A DNA stretch of 60,959 bases from the IMG/VR virus record IMGVR_UViG_3300021960_000075, positions 1-60,959 of that record; one strand, given 5' to 3'. Both the position numbers and the translations under genes were made by a program. Below, piece by piece: positions 16,274 through 27,100 of the stretch. The stretch is from a virus. Lineage: Duplodnaviria > Caudoviricetes. How positions within the stretch are numbered: position 1 is the first letter of the stretch; every line of letters begins with the position of its first letter. The notes under the pieces are model-generated. The model had not been told where the DNA came from. It worked only from the letters and a program-made list of their open reading frames with translations, and ran no database searches.

Positions 16274-17238
16274 TGAGTAGAAGAAGTGTATTAAAAACTA
16301 ATAGGTCTTTAAGGACATTAAGAAGAATTAAATCAGACCCAAAACGATTTAAGTTTGGGAAAATATCAAGTATGCAAGATTTAAGGTCGTTCTTTTATGA
16401 GTACTCATTATTTATTGGTGATATTCAATCTCTTCCGGGAATGCCAAACTTAAGTACTTTAGGAACTCTAAGACACTATGGTCTTGTTGGCGGAAGAATT
16501 ATGGGTGACGTTAACTCTATTATGGGTACTTTTAAAAAATTAACAACTGGAAGTTATGATGTTGAAGGTGCTGGTGAGCGTATAGTAAGACGTGCTGGTG
16601 GTAGATTAACTGGTAAAGTCCTTCAAGCAGTTCCGGGAAGCAATATGTTTTCTCGTGCAGCTCGTTCAGTAATTGGTGCTAATACTCAAAAAGCTTTCGA
16701 TAAGCAAATGAAAAAATGGTTTAGAAGTAATGTTCCTGACAAACCTGTTGTCCACGTTGTTGGTGGATTTGATGCACAAGCGGTAGCCGATAGTGTTGAA
16801 GATGCTATTGCTATGGTAACAGAAGAAGTTGCTAGACAGACTTATCCTTTCGTACCTGTAAGAACTGGAACACTAAGAGGAACATTAAGAACAGAATTCG
16901 GTAGAAATAAAGCAAAAGGTGGTTCTATGCCTGCAGGTAAAGTTATTATAGGAAATCATTTGACTAAAGACTATACAGCTATTATTGAGTTTGGTTCAGG
17001 AAAATTGTTTAACCAAGGAGCAAAACACTTAGATAGATATTTTCCAATTCCTGAATCTATAAAAGCTTTAAAATCTTCCTCAAGAAATAGAGCTGCTGTT
17101 AACAGCAAGAATGGTAAAGGGGCTATGTTAAGAAGAGGTGCTAGAAATGCAATGGCTAGATACAACCAAGGAACAGCTACTAACATTAAAGTTACTACCC
17201 CTAATCTTGAATTAGAAGCAAAAAAATTAAGGAGTTAA
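16273..17238 (+). CDS. HK97 gp10-like neck protein with long basic N-terminal extension
   Basis: VPVRTGTLR and Y...IEFG motifs in the C-terminal half. Confidence 0.7.
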   Translation: MSRRSVLKTNRSLRTLRRIKSDPKRFKFGKISSMQDLRSFFYEYSLFIGDIQSLPGMPNLSTLGTLRHYGLVGGRIMGDVNSIMGTFKKLTTGSYDVEGAGERIVRRAGGRLTGKVLQAVPGSNMFSRAARSVIGANTQKAFDKQMKKWFRSNVPDKPVVHVVGGFDAQAVADSVEDAIAMVTEEVARQTYPFVPVRTGTLRGTLRTEFGRNKAKGGSMPAGKVIIGNHLTKDYTAIIEFGSGKLFNQGAKHLDRYFPIPESIKALKSSSRNRAAVNSKNGKGAMLRRGARNAMARYNQGTATNIKVTTPNLELEAKKLRS

Positions 17239-17239
17239 A

Positions 17240-17692
17240 ATGGCACAAAATTTACCTGATGGAGAAATATTAGCAAGAACTTGGGCTTTAAGTAAAAGCA
17301 GTATTACTGATGTCATTGGAGAAAGAGTAGCAACTAGATTACCTTCAGGAGCTACTATGCCTTTTGTAGTTATACAAATGCTAGGTGGAGGTCCACTAGG
17401 TGGTGAATCTTTAATTTATGAAGCACAACTTGTAGTTGATTTTTATGCTGGTAAGTATGCAACAAATAGCACAAAAGGTCATCCTGATTATGCAGCTGCT
17501 TTTCAAATTGGAAATATTTTTGTTAGAGAAGCTTTTGACCACGCACCTACAAAACTAACAAGTACTGGTGGAGAAGTCGGAATGGTACACGGATTCGATT
17601 CTATATCAGGTCTAGGAAGAGTAGATGAAACCGAGCTCGGTTTAGCACGCTATACTTGTGATATGGTAATGATTTATGGAGCAATATCGTGA
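17240..17692 (+). CDS. Tail terminator protein
   Basis: RV...LP.....PFVV pattern; position before major tail protein. Confidence 0.7.
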   Translation: MAQNLPDGEILARTWALSKSSITDVIGERVATRLPSGATMPFVVIQMLGGGPLGGESLIYEAQLVVDFYAGKYATNSTKGHPDYAAAFQIGNIFVREAFDHAPTKLTSTGGEVGMVHGFDSISGLGRVDETELGLARYTCDMVMIYGAIS

Positions 17693-17979
17693 AATATATA
17701 AAGGTTAACCCTTATATAAGGGTGTTTGACGCAATACGAGATGAAAAGCTCGATATTATCTTTGACCAAAAAGAATGGGTTGAAGTTAAAGATTCTGACT
17801 GGAAAAGACTCTCTGAGTCTGAAACTAAACAAGGTAATGTAATATTACCAACTTTTGTTGAAAAGTCAGATGGTATGGGGGAAATTAAGAATTTTACTGC
17901 TGCTGAAAAAGTAGAAGAAAATTCTAGCGATGATGAGTGGTATGAGGAACCTGCTGACGCAGAAGTAGAAGAGGAATAA
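17689..17979 (+). CDS. Hypothetical protein
   Basis: GTGA overlap, GGAG RBS. Confidence 0.7.
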   Translation: MKYIKVNPYIRVFDAIRDEKLDIIFDQKEWVEVKDSDWKRLSESETKQGNVILPTFVEKSDGMGEIKNFTAAEKVEENSSDDEWYEEPADAEVEEE

Positions 17980-18012
17980 CGAAAAGTTATTCATAGAATA
18001 AGTAGGTAAGTA

Positions 18013-18618
18013 ATGGCACAAAGCATAAGCGAAGTAATTTTAGGAACTGGTAACTTATACACTGCTTTGGAATCTGATGTTAATGGTTCATCACCAAATG
18101 CAACATTTCCAGCAGACCCAAGTGAAGCTCCTAGTTCAAGTTACTGGACTAATATAGGATACTCAGAGGGTGGATTCTCTCTAGAGTATGACAAAACTTT
18201 TGAAGACATTATGGTTGCAGAGGAAATTGACCCTATTAAGACCATAAAGACAGCTCAAGAGGTAAGAATTACAGGTGAATTAGCACAGGCATCATTAGCA
18301 AACTTAAAACTTGCTATGGCTGGTGGAACTGAGACAAGTTCAACTCCTTCAGCAGGATATACCCAATTAACTCCTCCATCAACAGACTCTTTCTTAGAGT
18401 ATGCGTTGATTTTAAGAGTTAATGCACCGGGTGCATCTGAAGGTGGAACTCAGAAAGTTAGAGACATTTATGCTCCTAGAGCAGTAAACGTTGGAGCTTT
18501 CTCAATGGTTCACGCTAAGGCACCACAAAAAGTAACAATCACTGTTGAATACAAATTGTTAAAACCAAATAGTGATGCTCCGTTCAGTAACTTGTTTAAA
18601 GTTATAGACGAAGTTTAA
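18013..18618 (+). CDS. Major tail tube protein
   Basis: W..IGY.EGG motif, ~200 aa, directly before chaperones and tape measure. Confidence 0.85.
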   Translation: MAQSISEVILGTGNLYTALESDVNGSSPNATFPADPSEAPSSSYWTNIGYSEGGFSLEYDKTFEDIMVAEEIDPIKTIKTAQEVRITGELAQASLANLKLAMAGGTETSSTPSAGYTQLTPPSTDSFLEYALILRVNAPGASEGGTQKVRDIYAPRAVNVGAFSMVHAKAPQKVTITVEYKLLKPNSDAPFSNLFKVIDEV

Positions 18619-18635
18619 AACCTGTAGGAGGGTAA

Positions 18636-18986
18636 ATGGCAAATTTTAAAGACTTTGATGAAGCCATCAAAGAAGATAATGCGACAAAATTTACTTTCAA
18701 GGTAGCTGGAGAGACTTTCGAGAGTCCAGCCCAGCTACCAGCGAAAGTAGTACTAATGCAATTAAAAATGCAAAACGAGCAAGGCGGCATAGACCAAAAA
18801 GATATTGGTGAATGGCTAAGGTCGATTATTGGAGAAGATACCTTCGATAAGCTTTTGGAACTAAACATATCTTGGAGCACTCTAGAAAAACTTTTAGGGT
18901 GGCTTTTAGTGCAATATGGAATAGTTAAATCAGAAGACGAAATAAACGCTGATGCTGAAGGGGGAGAGGAAGAAGCCCCAAAATAA
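18636..18986 (+). CDS. Tail assembly chaperone (G-like)
   Basis: Position; ends in slippery C CCA AAA TAA. Confidence 0.8.
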   Translation: MANFKDFDEAIKEDNATKFTFKVAGETFESPAQLPAKVVLMQLKMQNEQGGIDQKDIGEWLRSIIGEDTFDKLLELNISWSTLEKLLGWLLVQYGIVKSEDEINADAEGGEEEAPK

Positions 18987-19282
18987 ACATCACAATTGAT
19001 GATATTTTGGAAAGATGGGCTGCCGTTGAAGCGGACTTTCAACGGTTTTACGGACTTCATCCCTTCGACTTATCGTGGAGAAGGTTCAGAACTTTAATAT
19101 TCAGTCTTGTATCATCAGAATCTGCATTCTATGCACCTTACTTGAAAGAATATGTTGAGGAAGCTAAAGAAAGAGTGGATAGTAGAAGAGACAATCCAAA
19201 TAGGATAAAAGTCAATCTTGATACAGCTCTAGATGAACTTGGTGGAATTAAAGAAAATATATCATTTAATAATGAAGGATAA
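18977..19282 (+). CDS. Tail assembly chaperone frameshift extension (T-like)
   Basis: -1 frame is open from the CCCAAAA heptamer into W.AVEADFQRFYG. Confidence 0.8.
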   Translation, partial: PKINITIDDILERWAAVEADFQRFYGLHPFDLSWRRFRTLIFSLVSSESAFYAPYLKEYVEEAKERVDSRRDNPNRIKVNLDTALDELGGIKENISFNNEG

Positions 19283-19285
19283 GCA

Positions 19286-22200
19286 GTGGCACAACAAATA
19301 GGTTCTTTAGAAGTAGGAATAGAAGGTAATACCTCTGGTTTAAATAATTCTATTGGTGCTGTCCAAATGAAAGCTACAAATGCTTTCAAGAAAATTGGTT
19401 CTGTAGCTAATGGTATGATAACTGGTGCTCTAGTTGCAGGAGTGGCTGCTGTAGCTGTAGGTTTAGCTGCAGGTGTAAAAGCAGCTATTGACTTTGAAGC
19501 AGCATTCGCCGGTGTTAGAAAAACATTAAGTGGTTCAGATGCAGAATTAAAAGCTGTATCAGATGAATTAATCAATATGGCAAGGTTCTTGCCTCAAACA
19601 GCAGCTGAGCTAGCAGCTATCGCTCAAGTCGGTGGTCAATTAGGTATTGCTGCTAAAGATATTGCTCAATTCACAGAAGTTATTGCAAAATTAGGTGGGG
19701 CAACAGACTTAGCAGGTGAGCAAGGTGCCACATCAATGGCTAGGTTTATGAAAGTTATTGGTGAATCTGTAGGACAAACTGGAGTATATGCAAACATATT
19801 GGTTGCTTTAGGTAACAATATGGCAACTACTGAATCTGAAATAATAAACTTAGCTCTTAACTTTGGTGCATTAGGAAAGCAAGTAGGATTAAGCGGTCCT
19901 GAAATATTAGCCTTTTCTGCAGCTATGAGGGAAATGGGTCAGCCAGCCGCAGCTGGTGCTACAGCTCTTAATAAATTATTTACTCAATTAAATAGAGCTA
20001 TGTTAGGAGAAGGTGGATTAGCTGAGTTTGCTGATATAGCTGGAATGTCTATGTTTGAGTTCCAAGCACTTATGGAAACAAGTATGGCTGCTGCAGCAGA
20101 AGCAGTTCTTAATGGTCTTAATGCTATGGGTGAAGCACAAAAAGACCAAATATCAGCATTAGATAGTGTTGGTTTAGCTAGAGACAGAGTTTCTCGTGCC
20201 TTAATATCAATGGCAACAAATGAAGAAGGTCTAGCTAAAGCAAGACGTATTGCTAACGAAGAATTATTTAGACAAGCTGCTTTAAATGAAGAGTTTAAAA
20301 AGAAACAAGATACAGTAGCTGGTCAGATGGATATTTTAAAATCAAAAGTAAATTCATTTGCAATACGAATGGGTGAAGCTTTACTTCCAGCAATTAAAGC
20401 AGTTGTTAAATTTATAGGAAGATTTTTTGATGGTTTATATTACTTAGTAAATGCTTTCAAAAATACAAGTGCACAAGCTGAAAAATTTCAGAAAAAAGTT
20501 ATGGGTAGTGCTTTTGTATTAATGATTATAAAAGTTGTTACTTGGATTGCAAAACTAGTTAAAAACCTTAAGGGAATGGGTGATGAGATAGCAAAAGTTA
20601 CTACAAAATTTGGTAAATTTGGTAAATTCTTGGGTAAATTTACTAAATTCTTTACTGGAGCAGCAGCTGGAGCAGCTTTATTTGTTTATGAAGTTGCTAA
20701 GTTCGGTGACTTACAAGCAATAATAGATAACTTTTCACAAAGCGTAGATAAATTAACAGTTAGTTTTACTTTCTTAAAACAAAATGGTATAGGTGGATTA
20801 GACCAACTTACTACTGATGTACTTCAAGCGATGGTTGATGGTATGGAAGATGACAACCCATTAAAAGCAGTTTTGAAAGAAATGTTAGAAGGCGGAAAAT
20901 TAGATGCTGATGTAGCTAAAGATTTAGCTTCAACAGGTTCAGCAATATCCGAGGAATTATTAACTTCTATACAAGATGGATTTGGTGTTGGTGCAGCCGG
21001 CGGTGATATGAAATTAGATTTTCGTTGGCTTGAAAGTATAAAAAAAGCACTTGCTGAAGAAGGATTAGGAGATAGTCAACTTTTTAAAGATATACAAGCT
21101 TTACAGGATGCAATAAGAGGTGATGCAGATAAAGAAACTTTAAATAATTTAGCACAACAAGTTATTGCAAAATTAGCTATAGTCGAAGCAGGAAAAGATT
21201 CCTTAACCGTTGAAGAAAGTTTAAGAAAACTTATTACGGATAATGTAGTAGCATTATCTACAGCTTCAGGTAAGTCAGTAGATGACATTAAAAAAATAAT
21301 ATCGACAGAGCAGGGTCTCAAAACATTTGTTCAAGAATTTGGTATGGCTATAGAAGGTGTACCAGCACTTTATGATATTTTATTCCCACCTGAAAAAGAC
21401 CCAGTTCAAGAAGCTTTACAGCAATTAAAAGAAGATGCTTCAGCATTCAAACAGATGGTTGCTGATATATTTGCTCCAACTGAACTGCAATTCAAGTTAG
21501 ATTTTGCTGAAATGGATTTGGCAGATGCTCATAAAGACCACGCTGACCTCCATAAAGAACTTGGTGATTTACACGAAGAAGATGCTAAGTTACAACAGGA
21601 TTTAATAGATATACAGCAACAAGAGTTATTGACTCACGAAGAAATACTGAAAATTCAAGAGCTTGAATTAGAAAATCAAGAATTAAAGATTAAGCACGCT
21701 CAAGAAGCTGCTATGACATTTGAAGAGCAAGTAGATTATCAAGATAAAATTAATGAAGCTTTAGAAATAGAACAAAGATTAAGAGATGGTTTAGCTCTTT
21801 CTGCAAATGACCAATTACGTAGAGAGAAACTTAGAAAAGATAGAAGAAGAGTTGAGTTAGCAGCACAACAGGGTTCTTTGGAATTTGCTGATTTAGAACT
21901 TAAAGCTATTGATGAAAATATTAAAGCTATAGAAGATAAAGCTGTTACTCAAACTGATGCTACTTTGGCTAGAAGAGAAGCACAGGAGATTCTAGATAGA
22001 GCTGAGGAGAGAAGGCTTAAGGAAAAAGAAAAGATTGCTGATAATATTGCTAAAATCCAAGAGATTAATTTAGAATCTGTTGCTCGCCGTAATGAAGAGA
22101 TTATTGAAATTGAAAAGCGTCGTGCTGATATTGAAGAACGACTAAAAGAGATTCCTAGAGAGATTAAAGAAGCTCATTGGGATATTCACAAAGCTCAAAA

Positions 22201-22765
22201 AGCTGTTTACGATGCTACAGCTGATATTCAAATAGGTTTTATGGACTTGAGAGCTGTTGGTGAAGAAGAGATGAAAGAACTAGCAAAGGCTATTGGTATG
22301 CCATATGAGATGTTAGATGGTCTTATGACTCTATTAAACCACGCAAGAGTTGAATCAGGACCAATTTTTGATGAAATTATTACCAGAGCTACAGATACAA
22401 AACATACATTTGCTCAAGACCCATTCACTGGTGGACCATCAGTTTCAGATGTTCAAAGAAAAAATTATGGTTTCTTACAACAGGGAACAGGAATTGTAGA
22501 TTTCCTAAGACACGGCGGTGGTGGATTCAAGACTGGAAATAAATTTATTGCTGGTGAATATGGTCCTGAATTAATAAAAACATTCCCGGGTGGTGGAATG
22601 GTTACTCCATTAGGTACTGGTGGTGGCACTACAATGCAAAATACTATAAATCTAAATATTACTGGATTACCAACTGACCCTATAGCTGCTAGAAGGATAG
22701 CACAAAATATTCAAAGAGAACTTGTTAAACTAGAAAGAGAAGGTAGAAGCGGTGTCGTCAGGTAG
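19286..22765 (+). CDS. Tape measure protein
   Basis: 1159 aa, Ala/Gly-rich N-terminal core (AIDFEAAFAGVRKT), coiled coil, C-terminal GE.GPEL. Confidence 0.92.
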   Translation: MAQQIGSLEVGIEGNTSGLNNSIGAVQMKATNAFKKIGSVANGMITGALVAGVAAVAVGLAAGVKAAIDFEAAFAGVRKTLSGSDAELKAVSDELINMARFLPQTAAELAAIAQVGGQLGIAAKDIAQFTEVIAKLGGATDLAGEQGATSMARFMKVIGESVGQTGVYANILVALGNNMATTESEIINLALNFGALGKQVGLSGPEILAFSAAMREMGQPAAAGATALNKLFTQLNRAMLGEGGLAEFADIAGMSMFEFQALMETSMAAAAEAVLNGLNAMGEAQKDQISALDSVGLARDRVSRALISMATNEEGLAKARRIANEELFRQAALNEEFKKKQDTVAGQMDILKSKVNSFAIRMGEALLPAIKAVVKFIGRFFDGLYYLVNAFKNTSAQAEKFQKKVMGSAFVLMIIKVVTWIAKLVKNLKGMGDEIAKVTTKFGKFGKFLGKFTKFFTGAAAGAALFVYEVAKFGDLQAIIDNFSQSVDKLTVSFTFLKQNGIGGLDQLTTDVLQAMVDGMEDDNPLKAVLKEMLEGGKLDADVAKDLASTGSAISEELLTSIQDGFGVGAAGGDMKLDFRWLESIKKALAEEGLGDSQLFKDIQALQDAIRGDADKETLNNLAQQVIAKLAIVEAGKDSLTVEESLRKLITDNVVALSTASGKSVDDIKKIISTEQGLKTFVQEFGMAIEGVPALYDILFPPEKDPVQEALQQLKEDASAFKQMVADIFAPTELQFKLDFAEMDLADAHKDHADLHKELGDLHEEDAKLQQDLIDIQQQELLTHEEILKIQELELENQELKIKHAQEAAMTFEEQVDYQDKINEALEIEQRLRDGLALSANDQLRREKLRKDRRRVELAAQQGSLEFADLELKAIDENIKAIEDKAVTQTDATLARREAQEILDRAEERRLKEKEKIADNIAKIQEINLESVARRNEEIIEIEKRRADIEERLKEIPREIKEAHWDIHKAQKAVYDATADIQIGFMDLRAVGEEEMKELAKAIGMPYEMLDGLMTLLNHARVESGPIFDEIITRATDTKHTFAQDPFTGGPSVSDVQRKNYGFLQQGTGIVDFLRHGGGGFKTGNKFIAGEYGPELIKTFPGGGMVTPLGTGGGTTMQNTINLNITGLPTDPIAARRIAQNIQRELVKLEREGRSGVVR

Positions 22766-22913
22766 TTACAGAGCTTATCACATAGCAACACACGATAATG
22801 ATTATGTCGATAATATGATTCCTTGTAAAGAAGAAAGTTGCTCTTATTATTTTTATGATATTGATGGGAAATATAGATATTGCGAAACTTGTCGTAGTAA
22901 GGATATGTGCTAA
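22752..22913 (+). CDS. Small Cys-rich protein (53 aa, not in ORF track)
   Basis: GTG start; ...IPCKEESC...YCETCRSKDMC; TAATG coupling to next gene. Confidence 0.6.
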   Translation: MSSGSYRAYHIATHDNDYVDNMIPCKEESCSYYFYDIDGKYRYCETCRSKDMC

Positions 22914-24169
22914 TGGCTAACACAATAACAATTGGAAGAATGACTTTTACGTCTCCACAAACTATAACTATCGCTCCTATGCCTGATAACTCTAGAAACT
23001 CTGTTGAAAGAACAATATCTATAGGTGGTAAATTTGCAGTTGATTCCATATCTGCTGCAAAAGTACTAAGAGATGAACTTGTATCAATGGGAAACTCAAG
23101 CTTAGTCTATCCCTTTACTTGGGAAGGAGATGAATTAATAGAAGGTTTTGCTAAATTATCAGGAGTTAGTGTTGATTCCTCAAAATTATCTTCAGGACTT
23201 TTTAGCTATAGTGTTACTTTAGATGTTAAAGGAAGAGTATCAGAAGTTATATTTGAATCTAACCTTACTGGTTCTTTATTAACTAATTCACACAGTATTA
23301 CATCTACTACTTATTCTCCTTGGCACGCATTACCAGTTAATGCATACAATTATTTTCACGAAGAAGCTCCTGTAGATGGTACAAGAGCTAGTTCAGAAGG
23401 AAATATAGCTTTTTACTATGATACAAACTTAAGAAGCAAGGCTGCTCAATGGATTGTTAACCCAGCAGATTTTTATAAAGGTGCTTGCAGAATAAGTATC
23501 GATAACACAACAATGACTGGGTATTTAACAAAAAACGCTCCAACAGGGGTGACGATTTCAAATGGTATAATAAGAATAACATCAGGTTCAACTACTGATG
23601 AATCAAGATTTACTGTAGAGTTTTACGATAATGGCGTTTGGGGTAGTGAAAGGGAAATATCTTTCAACTCAGGTGCTTCAAAATCAGAATGGAATTTATG
23701 GAAAACTGTTCAAATTATAAGAAACGAGCCTCACGAATGTGTTGTGCGTTTCACTACTTATTCTGACAGTAATGGAGATGGGCGACTCGTTGTAGATGTT
23801 ACGCTAAGACGAGGAGCTCATCACATAAACTTGGTCGCCAACCAAGGACCTACTTCTGATAGAGCAGCAAACTCTAGAATAAATTTGCAAGTGACAAGTA
23901 ATCACGATACTTTCACAGACGATACTGGGTATATGATAGAAGATAGTGCTGATAGCGATGGACAAAAATTTATTGTGGGAAGCCCACAAGGATACACTGC
24001 TGATGTAACTGATGGAGAAGACTTGATATATATAACAAATAATCAATTTAAAACATTCGTAGGTTATGTTTACAATGCTGTTAGTCCAAATACAATTGAT
24101 AGTGCAGATGCTGTTAGAGACCAGTATTTAGAAGGTACATACGAGAATGTAAGATTAGTGAGGGCTTAA
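22913..24169 (+). CDS. Minor tail protein (distal-tail position)
   Basis: First large gene after tape measure; beta-rich composition. Confidence 0.7.
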   Translation: MANTITIGRMTFTSPQTITIAPMPDNSRNSVERTISIGGKFAVDSISAAKVLRDELVSMGNSSLVYPFTWEGDELIEGFAKLSGVSVDSSKLSSGLFSYSVTLDVKGRVSEVIFESNLTGSLLTNSHSITSTTYSPWHALPVNAYNYFHEEAPVDGTRASSEGNIAFYYDTNLRSKAAQWIVNPADFYKGACRISIDNTTMTGYLTKNAPTGVTISNGIIRITSGSTTDESRFTVEFYDNGVWGSEREISFNSGASKSEWNLWKTVQIIRNEPHECVVRFTTYSDSNGDGRLVVDVTLRRGAHHINLVANQGPTSDRAANSRINLQVTSNHDTFTDDTGYMIEDSADSDGQKFIVGSPQGYTADVTDGEDLIYITNNQFKTFVGYVYNAVSPNTIDSADAVRDQYLEGTYENVRLVRA

Positions 24170-27100
24170 GTGGCAGTAACAGAAAAGTTAATGGGTGCTG
24201 GTACCTTCTCAATAAATTTTAGTCAAGAATATACACCAACAGCAATAATTGAATCAATAAAAGAATGGGGTCATATTGTTATTACTCCACAATCAGTTGA
24301 TATAAACAGTCTTTCTGATTCCGATATATTAAGTTCCGCTAGATATACAGGAATAATTTTAAATAGAACTTTAGAAGAAGGAATTGTATCTATTAATGGT
24401 CAAGGTCTTGAACTGTATATGGGAGATGGTTCAGGAAAAGGAATGGTCATTGCTGAGTCTAATAATATTGGAAAAGTTAGAATATTTGATGGTGTTACTT
24501 TAGCAGAAGCTTTATTCAACTCAGTTACAAGCACTGGAAAACCTTATGGAATTATGAGGGATGAAACAGGTGCTTTGCAAGCTATTCAACAAGGTTCTAT
24601 ATATCAACCAACAGATACTGAAGGTGAAAATGTACTTTATTCAGGTCAGCATTTCGTTGAAACTGCTTTATCGGCTTTAAAGTTTATATGTGAAATTGTA
24701 AATGCAGAATACAGAGTAAACCCTAATGGAACATTAGATGCAGGTCCAGCAGCTAACTTATTTGTTGGTGTTGGAAGTAACGAACCAACTTCTGTAGTAG
24801 TTAAAACTGCTTATGGTGAAGACCCTGAATATCAAGGTGTAACACCACAAGGTTTAAGAAGTGAATTTGATGCTACTGACTGGGTTTCAAGAGTTGACTT
24901 TACTGGAGAAGTTGGATATTTTGATATTGCAACAGATGTTGCAGGTGAAGCTAACTTATCATCTAATCCTTATAAAGATTTACACGGGAATGCACTTAAA
25001 CGTGTTGGCTTAGTACAAGAACCTGATGTACCTGAAGAACATTTGAACTCAAGAGCTCAAGCGATGCTTAATGAATTATCTAGAGTTAAAAAAATACTTA
25101 ATCTTGATTTAACACAGTATGAAGTATCGGGAGATATGAAAGTTGGAGATTATGTATATGCTTTTGACCCTGATGTAGGATTCGTTGACACAGATGCTGA
25201 TGCCGCTGCAGAAAGCAGAGATAAATACGAAGTAACCTTTAGAGGTCAAACTATAACACCAGCAAAGGTAAGAATTATAGGTTTAACTTTCCCAATTATT
25301 GATGGAATGGGTGTTTACTTCAGAGACAAAGATGGAAACTATACAGACTTAACTCAATATATAAACTATGAAAGTGGTTCTACTCAAGTTGAATTAGGAG
25401 ATTCAATTAGAAGCTTGAAAGATGATTTAAGATTCAGTGAATTTTCATTATCTAGAGAAGTAGCGGGTGCTTTTTCTATACCAGATTTACCAAGCACACC
25501 AACTTTACAATCTGGAACATATTTAGATTCAACTGGAGAATCTAAAGGATTTATAAGAATCACAGTAAGCAAGCCAACTAATATAGATGGTTCACAAATT
25601 ACAGATGGTGAATCATACAAAGTAAGATATAAAAAATTAACAGATAACGAATACTCTTATATGAGCTTTCCTTTTACAGGCGTAAGTTCAGAAACCTTGT
25701 TATTACAAGATTTAACTGTTGGTGCAACTTATCAAATAGGTGTTGCAGTAGTAGATAAATCAGGTTTCAAGAAAATGTCAGCTTATGATGGCACAGGAGA
25801 AAATTTATATACAGATAGCTCAAGTATTAATCCTAGTTATACAACAAATGCAAGAATAGAAATTGAAAAAGATGGACAAGCACCATCACAGCCTAAACAA
25901 GCAACTATAGCTACTGGACCATTAAGAGTTCAAATTACACATTATTTAGGAAAAGCAGGAACTGATAGCGGCGGTAATGCTTATGGAGATTTCACTTTAG
26001 AAGGTGACTTAGACCACTTAGATATTCACGCTGTGACTCAAGATGGTAATACCGAAACATTTACTGTTGCAAGTAGCAATAAAATTGGTGAAGTAAAAGT
26101 TAACTCAGGAAACTTATTACAAGAAATACCTGTAGTCGCCAACTTAGAACTTCCTGACTCAGAGGATTATTACTTTAGAATTGTTGCTGTTGATAAATCC
26201 GGAAACGCATCTGACCCATCAGCAGGTCAAGCAGGAAATGCAACGCTTATGGAACAAGCCTATATTGGCGATGCTGCTATTACTACAGCAAAAATTGGAG
26301 AAGCTGCTATTACAGATGCAAAGATAGCTACTGCAACTATTACTTCAGCAAAAATAAGTGACGTATCAGCAGACAAACTAACTTCCGGAACAATTACAGG
26401 TGGAGAGATTACCGTTGGTGGTGTTTCTAATACTGCAGGATACATTCAGTCTTACAACTATGTAGCCGACACTTCAGGTTGGAGTATTTTTTCAGATGGA
26501 ACTGCAGAGTTTCAAGATGTTAAGATTCGTGGTGAATTAAACGCATCAGATATTGTAACCGGAACTTTGGATGCTTCTAACTTAACTGTTACAAATCTAA
26601 ACGCAGATAGTATTACTGCAGGAACCTTAGATGTAGATAGACTACCTACTATTACAACTTCACAAATAAACTTTGATGCTGGAGATATTGGTGGTGCTGA
26701 TAGTTCAAACATTGTTGCTACTATAAATACTTCATCAGAAGGACTTACTATTAATGCAGCTAAGTTGAATTTATCAGGTGTATTGTCTGTTACAAATCCA
26801 AGTATTACTTCCGGAAATATTGGTGGAATAACTATTAGTAGTGACTATATTCAATCAGATAATTATGGAACTTCTAGTGGTGCTGATGGATTTAGAATAC
26901 AGTCAGATGGAAATGCATTCTTTAAGGATGTAACAATAAGTGGAGTATTGAACGGTGTAACTGCTAACCAACCAGTAACACTAGACCTACCTAGTGGTGG
27001 TAAAATCAGAACTGCTTCTTCGGGAGCTAGAGTTGAATTACATCAAGCTGGTAGTTTCCCTTCTGTAAATTTTTACAGCAGTGGTGGAACAACAACTTCA

